Program-made: the position numbers and the translations under genes | Notes under the pieces: generated by a model | Database searches by the model: none | Seen by the model: the letters and a program-made list of their open reading frames with translations, nothing else | What the model was told of the DNA's origin: nothing | Shown here: positions 22,181-32,805 of the stretch, piece by piece | Layout: every line of letters starts with the position of its first letter | Numbering within the stretch: the stretch's first letter is position 1 | Source: Blastocladiella emersonii ATCC 22665 | Taxonomy: Eukaryota; Fungi; Blastocladiomycota | Direction: 5' to 3' | DNA: 64,000 nucleotides | Assembly (NCBI GenBank): GCA_025594325.1 | Contig: JANHCV010000004.1 | Coordinates: 806,001-870,000 of the forward strand

Positions 22181-24568
22181 GAGGGATTGAGTCGCTCGAC
22201 TACTTCTGCAACACGATTTAGTCGTCCGCTTGCTCGTGGCCAGCTGCTTGCCTTGTCCACGACCTTGGCCTCGGCCGCATTCCCGCAACTGAGCCATCTC
22301 TCTCTCTAAGCTACGCACAGACTGAGACCAGTCCATCCTGAAAAGAACCGCGGGCAGCTCGCACTGCCACTTGACACATATTCGTATGGCCGAGACCAAC
22401 TCCACAACGGTTTGGAGCTGATCGAGCCGCCCGACTGCTTCAGCCGCAGAGCGTACTTGACCATCTCTTCAGACACTTTCTTCCTTCGTACTTGTTTCAC
22501 GCACGACGACGTCGCGATCAGCAGTGCTCCGCAATGACGAATCGTCCCCTCTACGGTAGTTTTCATTGAGGTTAAGCGCAACGGTTGAAAATACGACAGT
22601 TCTGCGCATGAACCATTCGTGTCTCTCCAAGTAGCTGTCGCGACGGCTACAAGAGACTGGGTCTGTCAATTGCTCGCATCGGCGCTGTCACCCCTTCTTG
22701 AGCACGTGCTGATCATCCTTGTGCGCCTACTTCACACTTGCAAACCTCGCCTTTTTTCGCTTTCACAACCAACCAGCCCGTGTGTCTTCGTAGGACCGCA
22801 ACGGCCGTTGCGGCAGGAACTGCTCATAGCCTGTGTCACGCCCTCAACCGCGTCTTTAACAGTTTTTGTTTTCTTTGTCCTATAAGCCTTGAAAGGACGC
22901 CCCCGCAGAGTAGACACCCCGAACTGAGTAATGCCACGACGCGATGCGCCACTCATGTGATGCGCCACGGACTCGTTTCCCGCGCTGAAACGGTCGGCGC
23001 CACCGCCACCTCCGCCACCGTTGCGCGAAGTTCTCTTCTCGGCGCTCCTCCGTGCTGTGCACTCAACACGCTCACCTAGATGCTAAACAAATGAATAACT
23101 TGTTGCAAGCTGCAGATCCATCACTTGGGACCATGCCCGTGGTCGTGCTAGCCACGCTTCGGCCGTTCCTCGGCGCGACCGAGACCGCTCGGCTTCGCGC
23201 GACGTGCCGTGCATTTGCTGCCAACTTCACCATGACGCCGTTTGCTGCCGAGCATTTCCAATGGTGCCTCGACCAGGAGGAGCACCAGTGGGCTACCGAT
23301 CCTGTCACAGGCGGCCCGCTGTACGATGCGCAAGGCGACCACATCTCCGTCCTCAACCAGCTCCTTGACTCGCCCCTCGTTGATTCTTTCGCAAACAACG
23401 GCCATGCGCTCAAGTATGCAGCGTCCCATGGCGACGTTGCGATCGTCCGCCGTTACCTCATCGACCCCAAGCCGCGATTTTCCCTCGTCCCCGACTCTGC
23501 CGAGGATTTCACTACGGTCTATAGAAATCGCTCTCGAATTTACAAGACTGCTTTAAAGGCTGTGATTTCTGTCCTCGATCGACTCCACTTGCCCAACGAC
23601 GATGTCCACGGCTTACATCGAATCTTGCGCGTGTTTGTGGCTCACGCGACGGTACAATGGAACAAGCTTGCTCGCGAACACTTTGACCTGTTCCGCGCTG
23701 TGATTGCCGATGAAAACCCAGCGTTCGAGTCGCTCCCCCGTGCTGACCTCTCACTGGCCAAGTTTCAGAACGTATCTATTCTCGCTGTCCCGCTGGCGCA
23801 CAGGTGGGATTATAGCAACGAAAAGATTCGGCTGTCAATGGCGCTTTGCGTCACGACGATTCTTGGCGACGCCGAACGGGTGCTTGCCTTACTCCCGCAC
23901 ACGTATGCGGAAGGTATGCCTGGTGGCAGCCCAGAGATTTTCGGTGCATGTGAAGATATTGTATTTTTCGCTATCCACAGCGACCATGATCACGTTATTT
24001 CGCAATTCGAACAACTCGGACTTCGCTTCATTGTAAACATGGTCGGACGCGGTCTACCCGAGGCAGGGGACTTCACGATTTCGCGCCGCTCCCGCGCAGC
24101 TGGCCTCGTTACCATGGCTATCCGTCACGGTTCAGTCAATTGCATCCGTGCACTAGCCTATTACTTGTCGCGCGGGATGCCTTGGCAGATTCTTGCCGAG
24201 GCGCTCAACACGGGCAACCCTCTGATTGTCCAAAGCTTGATGAATTCGCTCATTGCGGGCGACTCCGCGATTCTCAGCGCTCCAACTTTGCAGGTCGGCC
24301 AAGCGCCAGTTCCCAACAGGGGACTTGCGACCGTCCCTGCAGCGCTTGCAAAGTGTATACTCGAGACCGATCAGCTTGCGTTTATGCTCGATCGGATCCG
24401 CATCGTGATCGAGAACACGCCGAAATCGGTCTTAGGGCCCGTTTGGTTCCGGGGTGAATCAGGTGGATCAATCGATTTTACACGGTCCGGTGTTCACCCA
24501 GCTGAAACGTGGCATTTTCACCCCGTCGCGTTCATCGCGGCGTTTGGGTCGATCCCCGGATGAGCTGA

Positions 24569-25033
24569 ATGGAACCCTCGTCGCTGAATTGCCCGTCTGC
24601 TCGCCCCCGAAACCTTCAGGCTGTGCTTCCCGGCCTATATAAACGCTGTTTTCCTTCGTGGGGCGGCTCGACCACCACCGGCGAGTACTCGCACCTCGAG
24701 CAGGACGGCAAGGAGTCTGGTGACGTGGAAGGTGTCGATGGTCAAGACGACGCGGCCCCCGCCAGCAAGCGCAGCCGCACTTCGGACAGCAGCTCGCGTC
24801 GCCTCTCGGACTCGGAATTCCTCATGGGCATCAAGGAGGTGTTCCAGAGCGTCGCGACCGCCGACTCCAAGCCCGTCCTGACCGCCGCACTTGAATGGGT
24901 CCAGGACGCGTACAACGACAATGAAGAGTACCAGATCGACGTCGCCACCCGCCTGACCGAGGATCAAGCGCTTCGCGTCATGGCCGTGTCCGAATCGAAG
25001 CGCAAGCGCATCCTCGAGATTTTCATTCAGTAG
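24569..25033 (+). CDS. Harbinger accessory ORF (C-terminal part of the Myb/SANT partner-like protein; DNA-binding domain not seen)
   Basis: Lies inside the element, convergent with the transposase. Helical C-terminus LTAALEWVQDAY...ALRVMAVSESKRKRIL. Only 154 aa. Confidence 0.55.
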   Translation: MEPSSLNCPSARPRNLQAVLPGLYKRCFPSWGGSTTTGEYSHLEQDGKESGDVEGVDGQDDAAPASKRSRTSDSSSRRLSDSEFLMGIKEVFQSVATADSKPVLTAALEWVQDAYNDNEEYQIDVATRLTEDQALRVMAVSESKRKRILEIFIQ

Positions 25034-25202
25034 CTCACTCGCACATGTCCCCCTCCCCTCGCGTTGCTTCCTGGCCTTGTTCTCGCCCATTTGTGTCCAA
25101 TACATCTGGCTTTGTGTCCATCGTATCTTCAATCGTTATCCTTCGCTCGAAAATGACGCGACTCGTTGAGAAACGCGTGGTTCGCAAAGTGTCTCACACG
25201 TC

Positions 25203-25225
25203 ACGTGATTGATCGACGCGTCTCC
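25203..25225 (+). promoter_or_regulatory. Bipartite motif copy inside the Harbinger element
   Basis: ACGTGAT TGATCG ACGCGTCTCC. Confidence 0.5.
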
Positions 25226-25346
25226 ACCGATGCATTCTGACCTCAGCGACGCGTCAAATCATCTAGAATCGCTTATATAACATTATAGTACTTGACAAAT
25301 CAGTATATTACAGCATGCATGCGGGTACAACAATTATTTCGCGCCT

Positions 25347-26664
25347 TCAAAGACGGGTCCCACGAGCGGCCATGACGCGCCTGTACTCGGTCCAAAGAAC
25401 ATTTGCGACGCGGTTCCGAAGCGAGATACCGCGCTGACGAGCTCCGTCCAGCGAGGCCTCGAGGACAGCGGCCTCGTCGTCCTCCTCGTTCTCGTCGTTC
25501 AGGGGCTCGCGCCCACGCACACGCGCCTCACGCGCCGCGTCCCGCGCGCGCCGGAGCTCCGTCTCGGCGTCGCGAAAGAAGGCGTCGCCGCCTTGGTTCC
25601 ACTTGTTGATCATGTTGTGCAGCGTGCAGAGCGCGTACACAAGCTTGACTTGAGTCTTGATTGGGTAGGCCGCGCCAATCGAGAGGACGCGGAACCGCTT
25701 CTTGAGCACGCCAAAGATACGCTCAACAGAGTTGCGGAGCGACGCGTGACGCAGATTGAAAAGCTCCTCGCGGTTCTTAACTCTACGTACGTTGATGAAG
25801 CGGATGAGATGGCGCCAACGTGATGGTCATGGCAGTGAGAACGTACCCATCCTTGCCGCGGGCAAACTCGCGAAGATGATAGCGGGTACCGCGGAAGGGC
25901 ACGATGATGGACGTGCGGTTTGCGTAGCCGCCGTCGGCGAGGTAGAAGCGGCCGGCGGGGATCTTGAACCCACGGGCGAAAGCGTCTGAGAGCACCCGCG
26001 AGTCGTGCGCCTTGCCCTCCCACCCTGCGAGAACGTAGGTGAAGTTCAAGTCAAAGTCGCAGGCAGCGAGGACATTTGAGGATATGGTCCCCTTGCGGTT
26101 TCGGAACGAGTCGTGAAGCTTAGTGGGCACAACAAACGGGATGTGCGTTCCGTCAAGCGCGCCGACCGCGTTCTGGAACGGAGCGTATTTCGGGTCGTGG
26201 GCGATGCGCTCATGCACGGGCGTAGAATCGGACGGCTGGACAATGAACTCGGGCATCAGGCGGTACAGAGCGTCGAGCACTTGCTTCAGAACCCTGGACG
26301 CGGTCTCGCCAGAGATTTGGAACCGCTCCCTGAGGTTGCGGTTGGTGCTGCCCTCGCCGGCCATGACAAGAAGAACCATGAAGCGCGCCTCGACGGACAG
26401 CTCGCGGCCGTCGGCGAGAAGGCCACGGTCGCGGAACAGGCGGCAGATGGCCTTGAAGGTCTCGCGGGGCATACGGGCGATTTCCGAAAAACGCGTTTTG
26501 CTGTTGCACGTCAGCAGCTCTTGAACCCACGACTCGCCAGAAAGCGTGGACGTGCGGATAGGCTCCCACGAGCGGCGCTCGTTGCGCGCAGCGAGACGTC
26601 GCAGAAGAGCGAGGGCGGCTGTGAGCATTAGGCCGCGCAGCTTGCGGTTGTATCCCTTGCCCAT
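25347..26664 (-). CDS. PIF/Harbinger (HARBI1-like) DDE transposase, 417 aa, one intron 25783-25846
   Basis: GALDGTHIP, NVLAACDF, LAGWEGKAHDSRVL, YLADGGY, FNLRHASLRNSVERIFGVLKKRF. The GT..AG intron restores the frame and no stops remain. Confidence 0.93.
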
Positions 26665-26757
26665 GTTGTTTGAGGGCTCGAGAACACGATGCGTGAGGTT
26701 AGGTGTTGATTCGTTGCAATAAGTGCGGCTGCAAAGAGGTGGGAAAGATTTTATTGC

Positions 26758-26776
26758 GGGGGGGGGGGGGGGGGGG
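26758..26776 (+). repeat. G19 homopolymer upstream of the transposase
   Basis: Run of 19 G. Confidence 0.85.
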
Positions 26777-27367
26777 TTCATCCAGCGGGGCGTTTGGTTC
26801 GCACGGCCGCTGAGATGAACGGGGGTGAGGTGAAACGTGGCAACTTTTTCAGCTGATCCACCTGATCTGAACCAAACGGGCCCTTACTCGCGACCAACGC
26901 GTACCACGGCGCAGTTATCATCGCTGGTTTGATCGAGGCCGAGGCTAAGTCGTTGCTTCGCCTGCTTGTCGATTACGACGGCTTTGAGGACATACTCCGC
27001 GCCTCAACAAAGGACGGCGAGCTTCCACCTGGTGATCCCGTTCGCTGGCTCCTGGACGTGACCGCCGTCGAGGGCGGTCTTGGGCCTTTCACTGTGCCAG
27101 CTGTGCAATCGGTGCCGCTGCCAGTAGTCGAGGGTGAAGACCCGCCCGCGGATCCAGCGCCGGACACTCCGCCGCGGGTTTTGATGTACGCAGGCCGCGG
27201 TCGCGGCTGGGTGCCGTTCGAGGCAGCAAAGGTTGACGAGTAAAGCACCTCAACTCTAGGCGTTTGGGTCCCAATTTGCTCGTTATGTATCCCGCCTTCA
27301 CCCGACCATCAAGTTTGTGCTAGGAATGGATCATTTCGCGTATTATTTGATGGCGATCATGCGAGGA

Positions 27368-27390
27368 ACGTGATGTCGCGAAGCGTCTCG
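27368..27390 (+). promoter_or_regulatory. Bipartite motif copy
   Basis: ACGTGAT GTCGCG AAGCGTCTCG. Confidence 0.5.
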
Positions 27391-27477
27391 CGCTCCATTC
27401 TTGGACGCGTCGCGAGGCGGAAGGTCTCCGACAGAGAAATGAACGTTGGGAACAAACTCGCTAACGACTTGCACACC

Positions 27478-27830
27478 TTAAGCTAGTCGTTGCGTGGCGG
27501 GAGCGGCAGCAGGACGGGCGGCGGGATCACAGCCTTTTGTGGTCTTGCCAAGGTTGATGTTACAGCCAGCTGAGTCCCAGTTGAAGTCAAGCTCGCGCGG
27601 CGCGCGGCGCTCGTTGATCGTGTTGGTGCCCTTGGGATCGTTGAACAGGCCAACGGCCTCGCCCTTGACGGCCGGCTGGCCGACGCCGCGAGGCTCCCCG
27701 CGACCGCGACCTGGCTCGCCACGCTCGTCGCCGGCCCTATGATAGCGCGCCCAACTGACTCCACGCATTCGTACTCGCTCAGTGCGTCGTCCAGGTTCGC
27801 ATGCCCGACGAAAGCGAGGTGCCACGGCTC
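27478..27830 (-). pseudogene. Unidentified coding-like fragment
   Basis: FVGHANLDDALSEYECVESVG / KGEAVGLFNDPKGTNTINERRAPRELDFNWDSAGCNINLGK in two frames. Confidence 0.25.
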
Positions 27831-27879
27831 CTCGCGCCGCGCGCTGCCACGGCTCCTCTCGCCGCGCGCTGGCATGTCG

Positions 27880-28600
27880 GTCACGGTCACGCCAACTCAG
27901 TTCGTCCTCACACTGAACGACGCGCGCACCCCCGGGCTCTTGATCCGCCATGGGTGCGGGTGTCGAAATCACCTTGGCGCTTGCGCACGCGTGAGACGAA
28001 CACGCGGCCAGCCTCGACCTCGTATTCCGAGTCCCCGTGCGCGCTGATCCGGGAGAAGCTCGATGGTCGTAACGCCTACGTCAAGGCCTTCTACGCGGCG
28101 CTGTGGGTCACCGAGGTGGTCAAGGGCGAGCCGCGCAAGTGTAAGTCCGTGCAAATTGTCGAACGTGACTCGATCTCTCGGTTCTGCAAGGTGGTCCAGA
28201 ACGACGCCGAGCAGTTTGTCCGCGGCCAGGACCGGCTCGCAGCACCGCTCGACTACGCCATCGTCGCCGGGTGGCAGGCCGTCGTGCAGCCTACCTTCTC
28301 GGGCTTCATGGACGGCGGCGAAAAGATCGAGACGCAGGCCGAGTTCATTTCAACAACAAACACGCCGACGGATAAGAAAATCCCGGTCCAGTGCACGCTT
28401 GCGCGCGACGGCATCGTGCTTGTTGAGGCCATGTTGATCTTCTTCGCCCGCAGCGCCTTTGACAACTACCACAGTATTTTCAACAACGTCGACGAGGAGC
28501 CCATCTCGGTCACGGTGCGCCGGCCGCAGGACCTCGCCGTTCTCGAGTTCAAGGAGGATAACTCGTTTGACGCCGCCAGTCCCAAACATGAGGTGGTGGC
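27880..28600 (+). pseudogene. FAS1: Isolated fragment of fungal type I fatty acid synthase beta chain (dehydratase region) with an internal deletion
   Basis: RNAYVKAFYAALW...RFCKVVQNDAEQFV...APLDYAIVAGWQAVV...KKIPVQCTLARDGIVLVEAMLIFFARSAFDNY...EEPISV...QDLAVLEFKE parallels recalled yeast Fas1 (RNQRIKEMYWKLW...APMDFAIVVGW...GKIVDVVGTLSRNGKPVMEV...KDIAVLRSKEWF). The LVHLSNG segment is missing. Confidence 0.75.
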
Positions 28601-28826
28601 AAACATGAGGATCAATTGCCCGGGAAAGGGCGTACAGAGGTGCCTTCAGGGAAAGCGCTCCCAGTCGCGTTGCTTCGCGCTTCGACGCGTCTCGAAACGC
28701 AGGCGTGACGAGGCACGTGCGCGGTGCGAGACACTTTTTCGCGCCCTCCGGCTTCGAGCTCGAGCGGCACCTCCCTCCCTTGTGATGCAGTTTCTCGCTC
28801 CTCCGAGCAGCCCGCGACTTGGCGCA

Positions 28827-31800
28827 ATGACATGTTACTGCGGAAATGAAGCGTATGCAGCAAATGAATTATCGCCCAACTCGTGAGCGGACCTGACGTT
28901 CCCGGCTCGTCCAGGTCGGCGCCCGTCATCGAGTGCGGCGCGTGCAAGAACACCTTCCACCAATGTCCGTTGTCGTCCTCGTGAATCTCTTGATGGGGCT
29001 GGTGGGCTAACGGCGGCACCTCGACCCGGCAGTGTGCGTCCAGAGTGCGGGCTACAAGTCCCTCATCTACGGCGACCACTTCTACACGTACAAATGCACT
29101 GCATGCGGTGCTGGACAGGGCGACGCCTTTCAGCGGATCCCGATGAACTGGTGCGGGTTGCTGGCTATCGCGTCAGTTCGCAGCTGCTGACTAACGGCTG
29201 GACCGCGCACCGTTAGGCCCCAAACCGCGCACCTTGCGCTCTACCACCTCACCGAGACGGCCCGCCGTGCTGACGAGGCCGCTGGCTTCATCGAGCGCGC
29301 GCCCAAGCAATTCCGGTTGAACAAGGAGATCAACAACTTTGTCGAGTCCAACTGGAGCGTCTTGGCGCCCGGCCGCGAGCTGAACCAGTCGTGGCGCAGC
29401 ACGCTCTCGACCGCCGTCAACAACTACGCCGACACCCTCTTTCGGCGGGCCCAGGACACCAAGAAACAGAATGGGTGGTGGTCGCTGATCGAGCAGACCC
29501 CGCCGATGCCCGGCGTGCGCCCTCCCAAGAAGCGCCGCCGAGGGGATGCGCCGGCTGGCACCACGGGCACTCTCGACGCAAATCGGCCGAACGACGACTC
29601 GTTCGCTGATTCGACCGAGCAGAGCGAGAGCACGTCCATGGCGATCAAGATCGGCTCCATGCTCGCGAACATGATCCACCAGCCCGACGACGCTTCCTCG
29701 CCATTTGCTTCCGCTTCCGACGCCACGCTTCCTCCCGATCCCTCCTTACCGTCCGGTTCGGCCACTCCAGCAGACTCGACCATCTCGACCCCATTTCTTT
29801 CGAGCGGCGCCCTGTCGTCTGTCGGTCTCGCCATGCCGTCGACTACGACGGCCGCATCGTGGCCCGCCTACAGCGTCAACCCTTCGCTCTCGTCCCCCGC
29901 ACCGACGGCTGATGCGCTCGCTCCCGCGCCATCTGCTCCGTTTCCATCGAGTGCACCTGCTCCGTTCCAGCAGCATCCGCAGCAGCAGCCCTCATCTTCG
30001 CACGACGCCTACTTCTCGTCCTACGCGGGCGCGTACCCGCCGCTCGCTGGGTACCCGTCTTACGCGCCACCCGGCCAGAACGACTACTCTTTCGCGCCCT
30101 TCACCGGTCCGCCGCAGGCTGCTGCAGCTCCGGTGCCCTACCCGCAGTATGAACAGCCGCCGCCGCCGCCGCCGCCGCATCAGCAGCAGGACCCGTTCGT
30201 GACCCCCGGCCCCGCCGTTGCGCCGTCGGCGCTCCTGCTTGGCGGGCAGCAAGCTGCTCCTCTCGGCGACGCGCCGCCGCCCGCCGCTGCTGTTAGCCCA
30301 GCGGCATCACAGCTGCCACCTACCACGCAGCCTCCGGCGTCAACCAACTCGGTGGCTTCCAGTACACCGCCGCTCATCTCGGTCTTTGCCGCATTCGCCT
30401 CGTCCACGCCGCATCTGCCTCCCGCCGACCTTCCACTCGCTCCCACCCATGCACCTGCTGTCGCTCCCGCTCCTGTGACCGCTCCGCTGCCGCATGCGGG
30501 TCCTCCCGCTTCGACCGTGGCCGATGCCCTCCCCGATCCATTCTCGCTGCTCGATTCGCTCGTGCCGGAGCAGGAGGCGCCGCACGTCATGCCGCCCGAC
30601 CTGGCCTCGCTCATCGCGTCGGTCCTGTCGTCTTCCTCACTGCCCGAGACCGATGCGACGACGACGGCTACGGCTACGGCTCCCGTCGCGCCACCTTCGC
30701 CCCCGCTCGTCTCCGGCCCAGCCCCACCAACTGTCCTCTCGCCGCTGGCCGGCATCGCCACTCCGCTTCCGACCCTTCCTCTGCCGCCTGCCGCGCCTGT
30801 TCTTCAGCAGCCAGCTACGCAGATCCCGGAGCCCGATCCTACACCCGCCGCGGCAGCACCTGTGCCAGCGACGCAGGTCTCGGAGCCCGGGCCTACACCC
30901 GCCGCGGCTCCACTGGTGCCAGCTATCGATTCGTCGGTGCCCAGCGGACTCTTGTCGCTCATTGCCGACTCGCATGTCGTCGCACCCGACTCTCCTGCCC
31001 TCGCTCCAGCACTACCGTCTCCAGCGGCGCAACCCGCTTCTGCGCCACCATCTCCTGTTCGCGCACCATCATCTCCTGATCGTGCACCACCGTCTCCCAC
31101 TCGCGCGCTATCGTCCCCCGCTCGCGCACCGACTTCCCCTCCGCGCGCGCCCTGCCCGCTCCCCGCTCCGCCATCGCCGACTCGTTTCCCGCTCGAGGCC
31201 GCTGCCGCTCCCGCGGCGAGCAACCGGCCGGTCGAGCAACCTGCCCCGGCTCGGGCTGCCTCGCCCGCCCCCGCACCGCGAGCTCCAGCTATATCTTCAC
31301 CACCGCAAATTCTTCCGCTCCCGTCGCCGCCGCGAGTTCCGGCGGTACATGTGCCGCCGCAAGCGCTGGCGGTCTCCCCGCCGCCGCAAGAAATCGCTAT
31401 CCCGGAGCCGCCGCAGGTTCTCGCTGTCTCCGCACTGCTACAAGATCTCGCGGCACCCGCGCCACCGCGAGCTGCAGCGGTTTCCGCGCCGCCCCACGCC
31501 CTGTCGGTCTCCGCGCCTCCGCGAGCTCTGCCAGTCTCCGTGCCGCCGCATGCCCTGTCGATCGCCGCACCGCCGCGAGCCTTGCCGGTCCTCCCGCCCG
31601 TCGAGCCCTTCGCGCTCGCGGCGGCCCCTGCTGCTGCTGCGCTGCGCGAGGCTCCCGCGCCCGTCGTGCAGCCTGCACCCGTCAAGCCCGAGCGTACCGT
31701 CGAAGCGCCGCGGCCTTCGCGCAAGCGCGTGTTTGAGGAGACCGAGGTGGCGCGGTACCGGCGTGAGCGGTTCGCGCAGCTGCAAGCGGTACCCACTCGC

Positions 31801-32756
31801 ATCACGCCCTCCCCGCATTGGCCGCGACTCACCGGTTCGCCTCCTCGTGTAGCGCAAACGCCCGCGCTCGTCCAAGACGTACGACCTCGGACGCACGGTG
31901 CGCAGCCTCGCCAAGCGCGGCGGTCTCACGGCGCTCCCCGCGCCGCACCCCGAGGACGCGCTGTTCCCGCCGCTCCACTTCGACCTGCCGTACCGGCGCA
32001 TGCTGTTTGGGATCCCGGACCACGAGGCGTCCGTGCCGCGGTCGCACCTCAAGAACCGCCCGCTCAAGCCGTACATCCGGCGCGACTACGAGCCGCGGTC
32101 GGCGCTGCTGACGCTGGTGCAGGCGCTGCGCGCGCGGTTCGCGAGCGACCCGGAGCGCTGGCCCGAGGCGGCGCCCGCGGCCGCAGCGGCGCGCGAGTAC
32201 CCGGACTTGATCGACTACTGCTACTTTGCGCCGCGGTACCGCGAGCAGGCCAACGCGCTGCTCGCGCGGCTGTTCTGGCCCGGCATCGACGTCCACGAGT
32301 CGGTCCCGTTCCCCGAGCTCGGCATCGTCGCTGTCTACCGCAAGCTCGTTGTCGGGTGTGCCTTCATCACGCACGAGGGGTACATCTCGTACATTGGCGT
32401 CGCGCCCGGGTGGACCGGCGCGGGGATCGCGTCGTTCATGCTGTACTGGCTGTGTCAGGTACGCTCGCACCTCGTGCACGCGATGCGGATGGCGCTTGGC
32501 TGACTTGCTTGCTCGCGATCCTCTAGTCCACGTCGCGCGACGTCACGCTGCACGTCTCGGCCAACAACTCTGCCATGGTACAGTCGATCGTTTACCGTCG
32601 TCTGCTCCGCACATCCCTTACTGACTCGCGGCCCCGTTGTAGATCCTGTACCAGAAGTTCGGCTTCAAGCCTGAGGAGTTCATCATGAACTTTTACGAGC
32701 GGTACTACCAGGGCGACGAGTGCAAGCACGCCTTCTTCTGCCGCCTCCGCCGCTGA
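28827..32756 (+). CDS. KAT14: KAT14/CSRP2BP/ATAC2-like lysine acetyltransferase (PHD + winged-helix-like N-terminus, long Pro/Ala linker, C-terminal GNAT); multi-exon
   Basis: PHD pattern CYC...CGAC...HQLC...CTAC; GDHFYTY; FVESNWSVL...SWRSTL...GWWSL; RRDYE, IDYCY, LFWPGID, VAVYRKLVVG, GAGIASFMLY, DVTLHVSANN, LYQKFGFK, CKHAFFCRLRR*. Confidence 0.88.
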
Positions 32757-32805
32757 TCGTTCCTCCGTACACGCTAGCTATAAAACTCGTTCCTTCTATC
32801 ACCGT

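Larger units (their letters stand above)
24435..26883. mobile_element. PIF/Harbinger DNA transposon, 2449 bp
   Basis: 15-bp perfect TIRs GGGCCCGTTTGGTTC (24435-24449) / GAACCAAACGGGCCC (26869-26883). TTA target duplication at 24432-24434 and 26884-26886. Two convergent ORFs including a DDE transposase. Confidence 0.96.
23091..27243 (+). pseudogene. F-box-like + ankyrin-like gene (566 aa when restored) interrupted by a Harbinger transposon
   Basis: F-box-like LGTMPVVVLATLRPFLGATETARLRATCR and ankyrin-like NNGHALKYAASHGDVAIVRRYL. Removing 24435-26886 joins ...PKSVL to LATNAYHGAVIIAGLIEAEAK... in frame through to the stop at 27243. Confidence 0.85.

Noticed and set aside
27820-27869. 25-bp tandem duplication (also the 9-bp tandem near 18025-18055 and A13 near 11514)
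   Set aside because: Ordinary slippage repeats with no further structure.
27801-28886. 361-aa ORF as an intact gene
   Set aside because: Only the middle resembles FAS. The ends are non-coding-like, and the last codons are actually the first exon of KAT14.
29317-32526. 1069-aa ORF as a complete protein
   Set aside because: It reads through an intron at ~31789-31852 into the wrong frame. The GNAT domain is in the 31898 frame, so the true gene is spliced.
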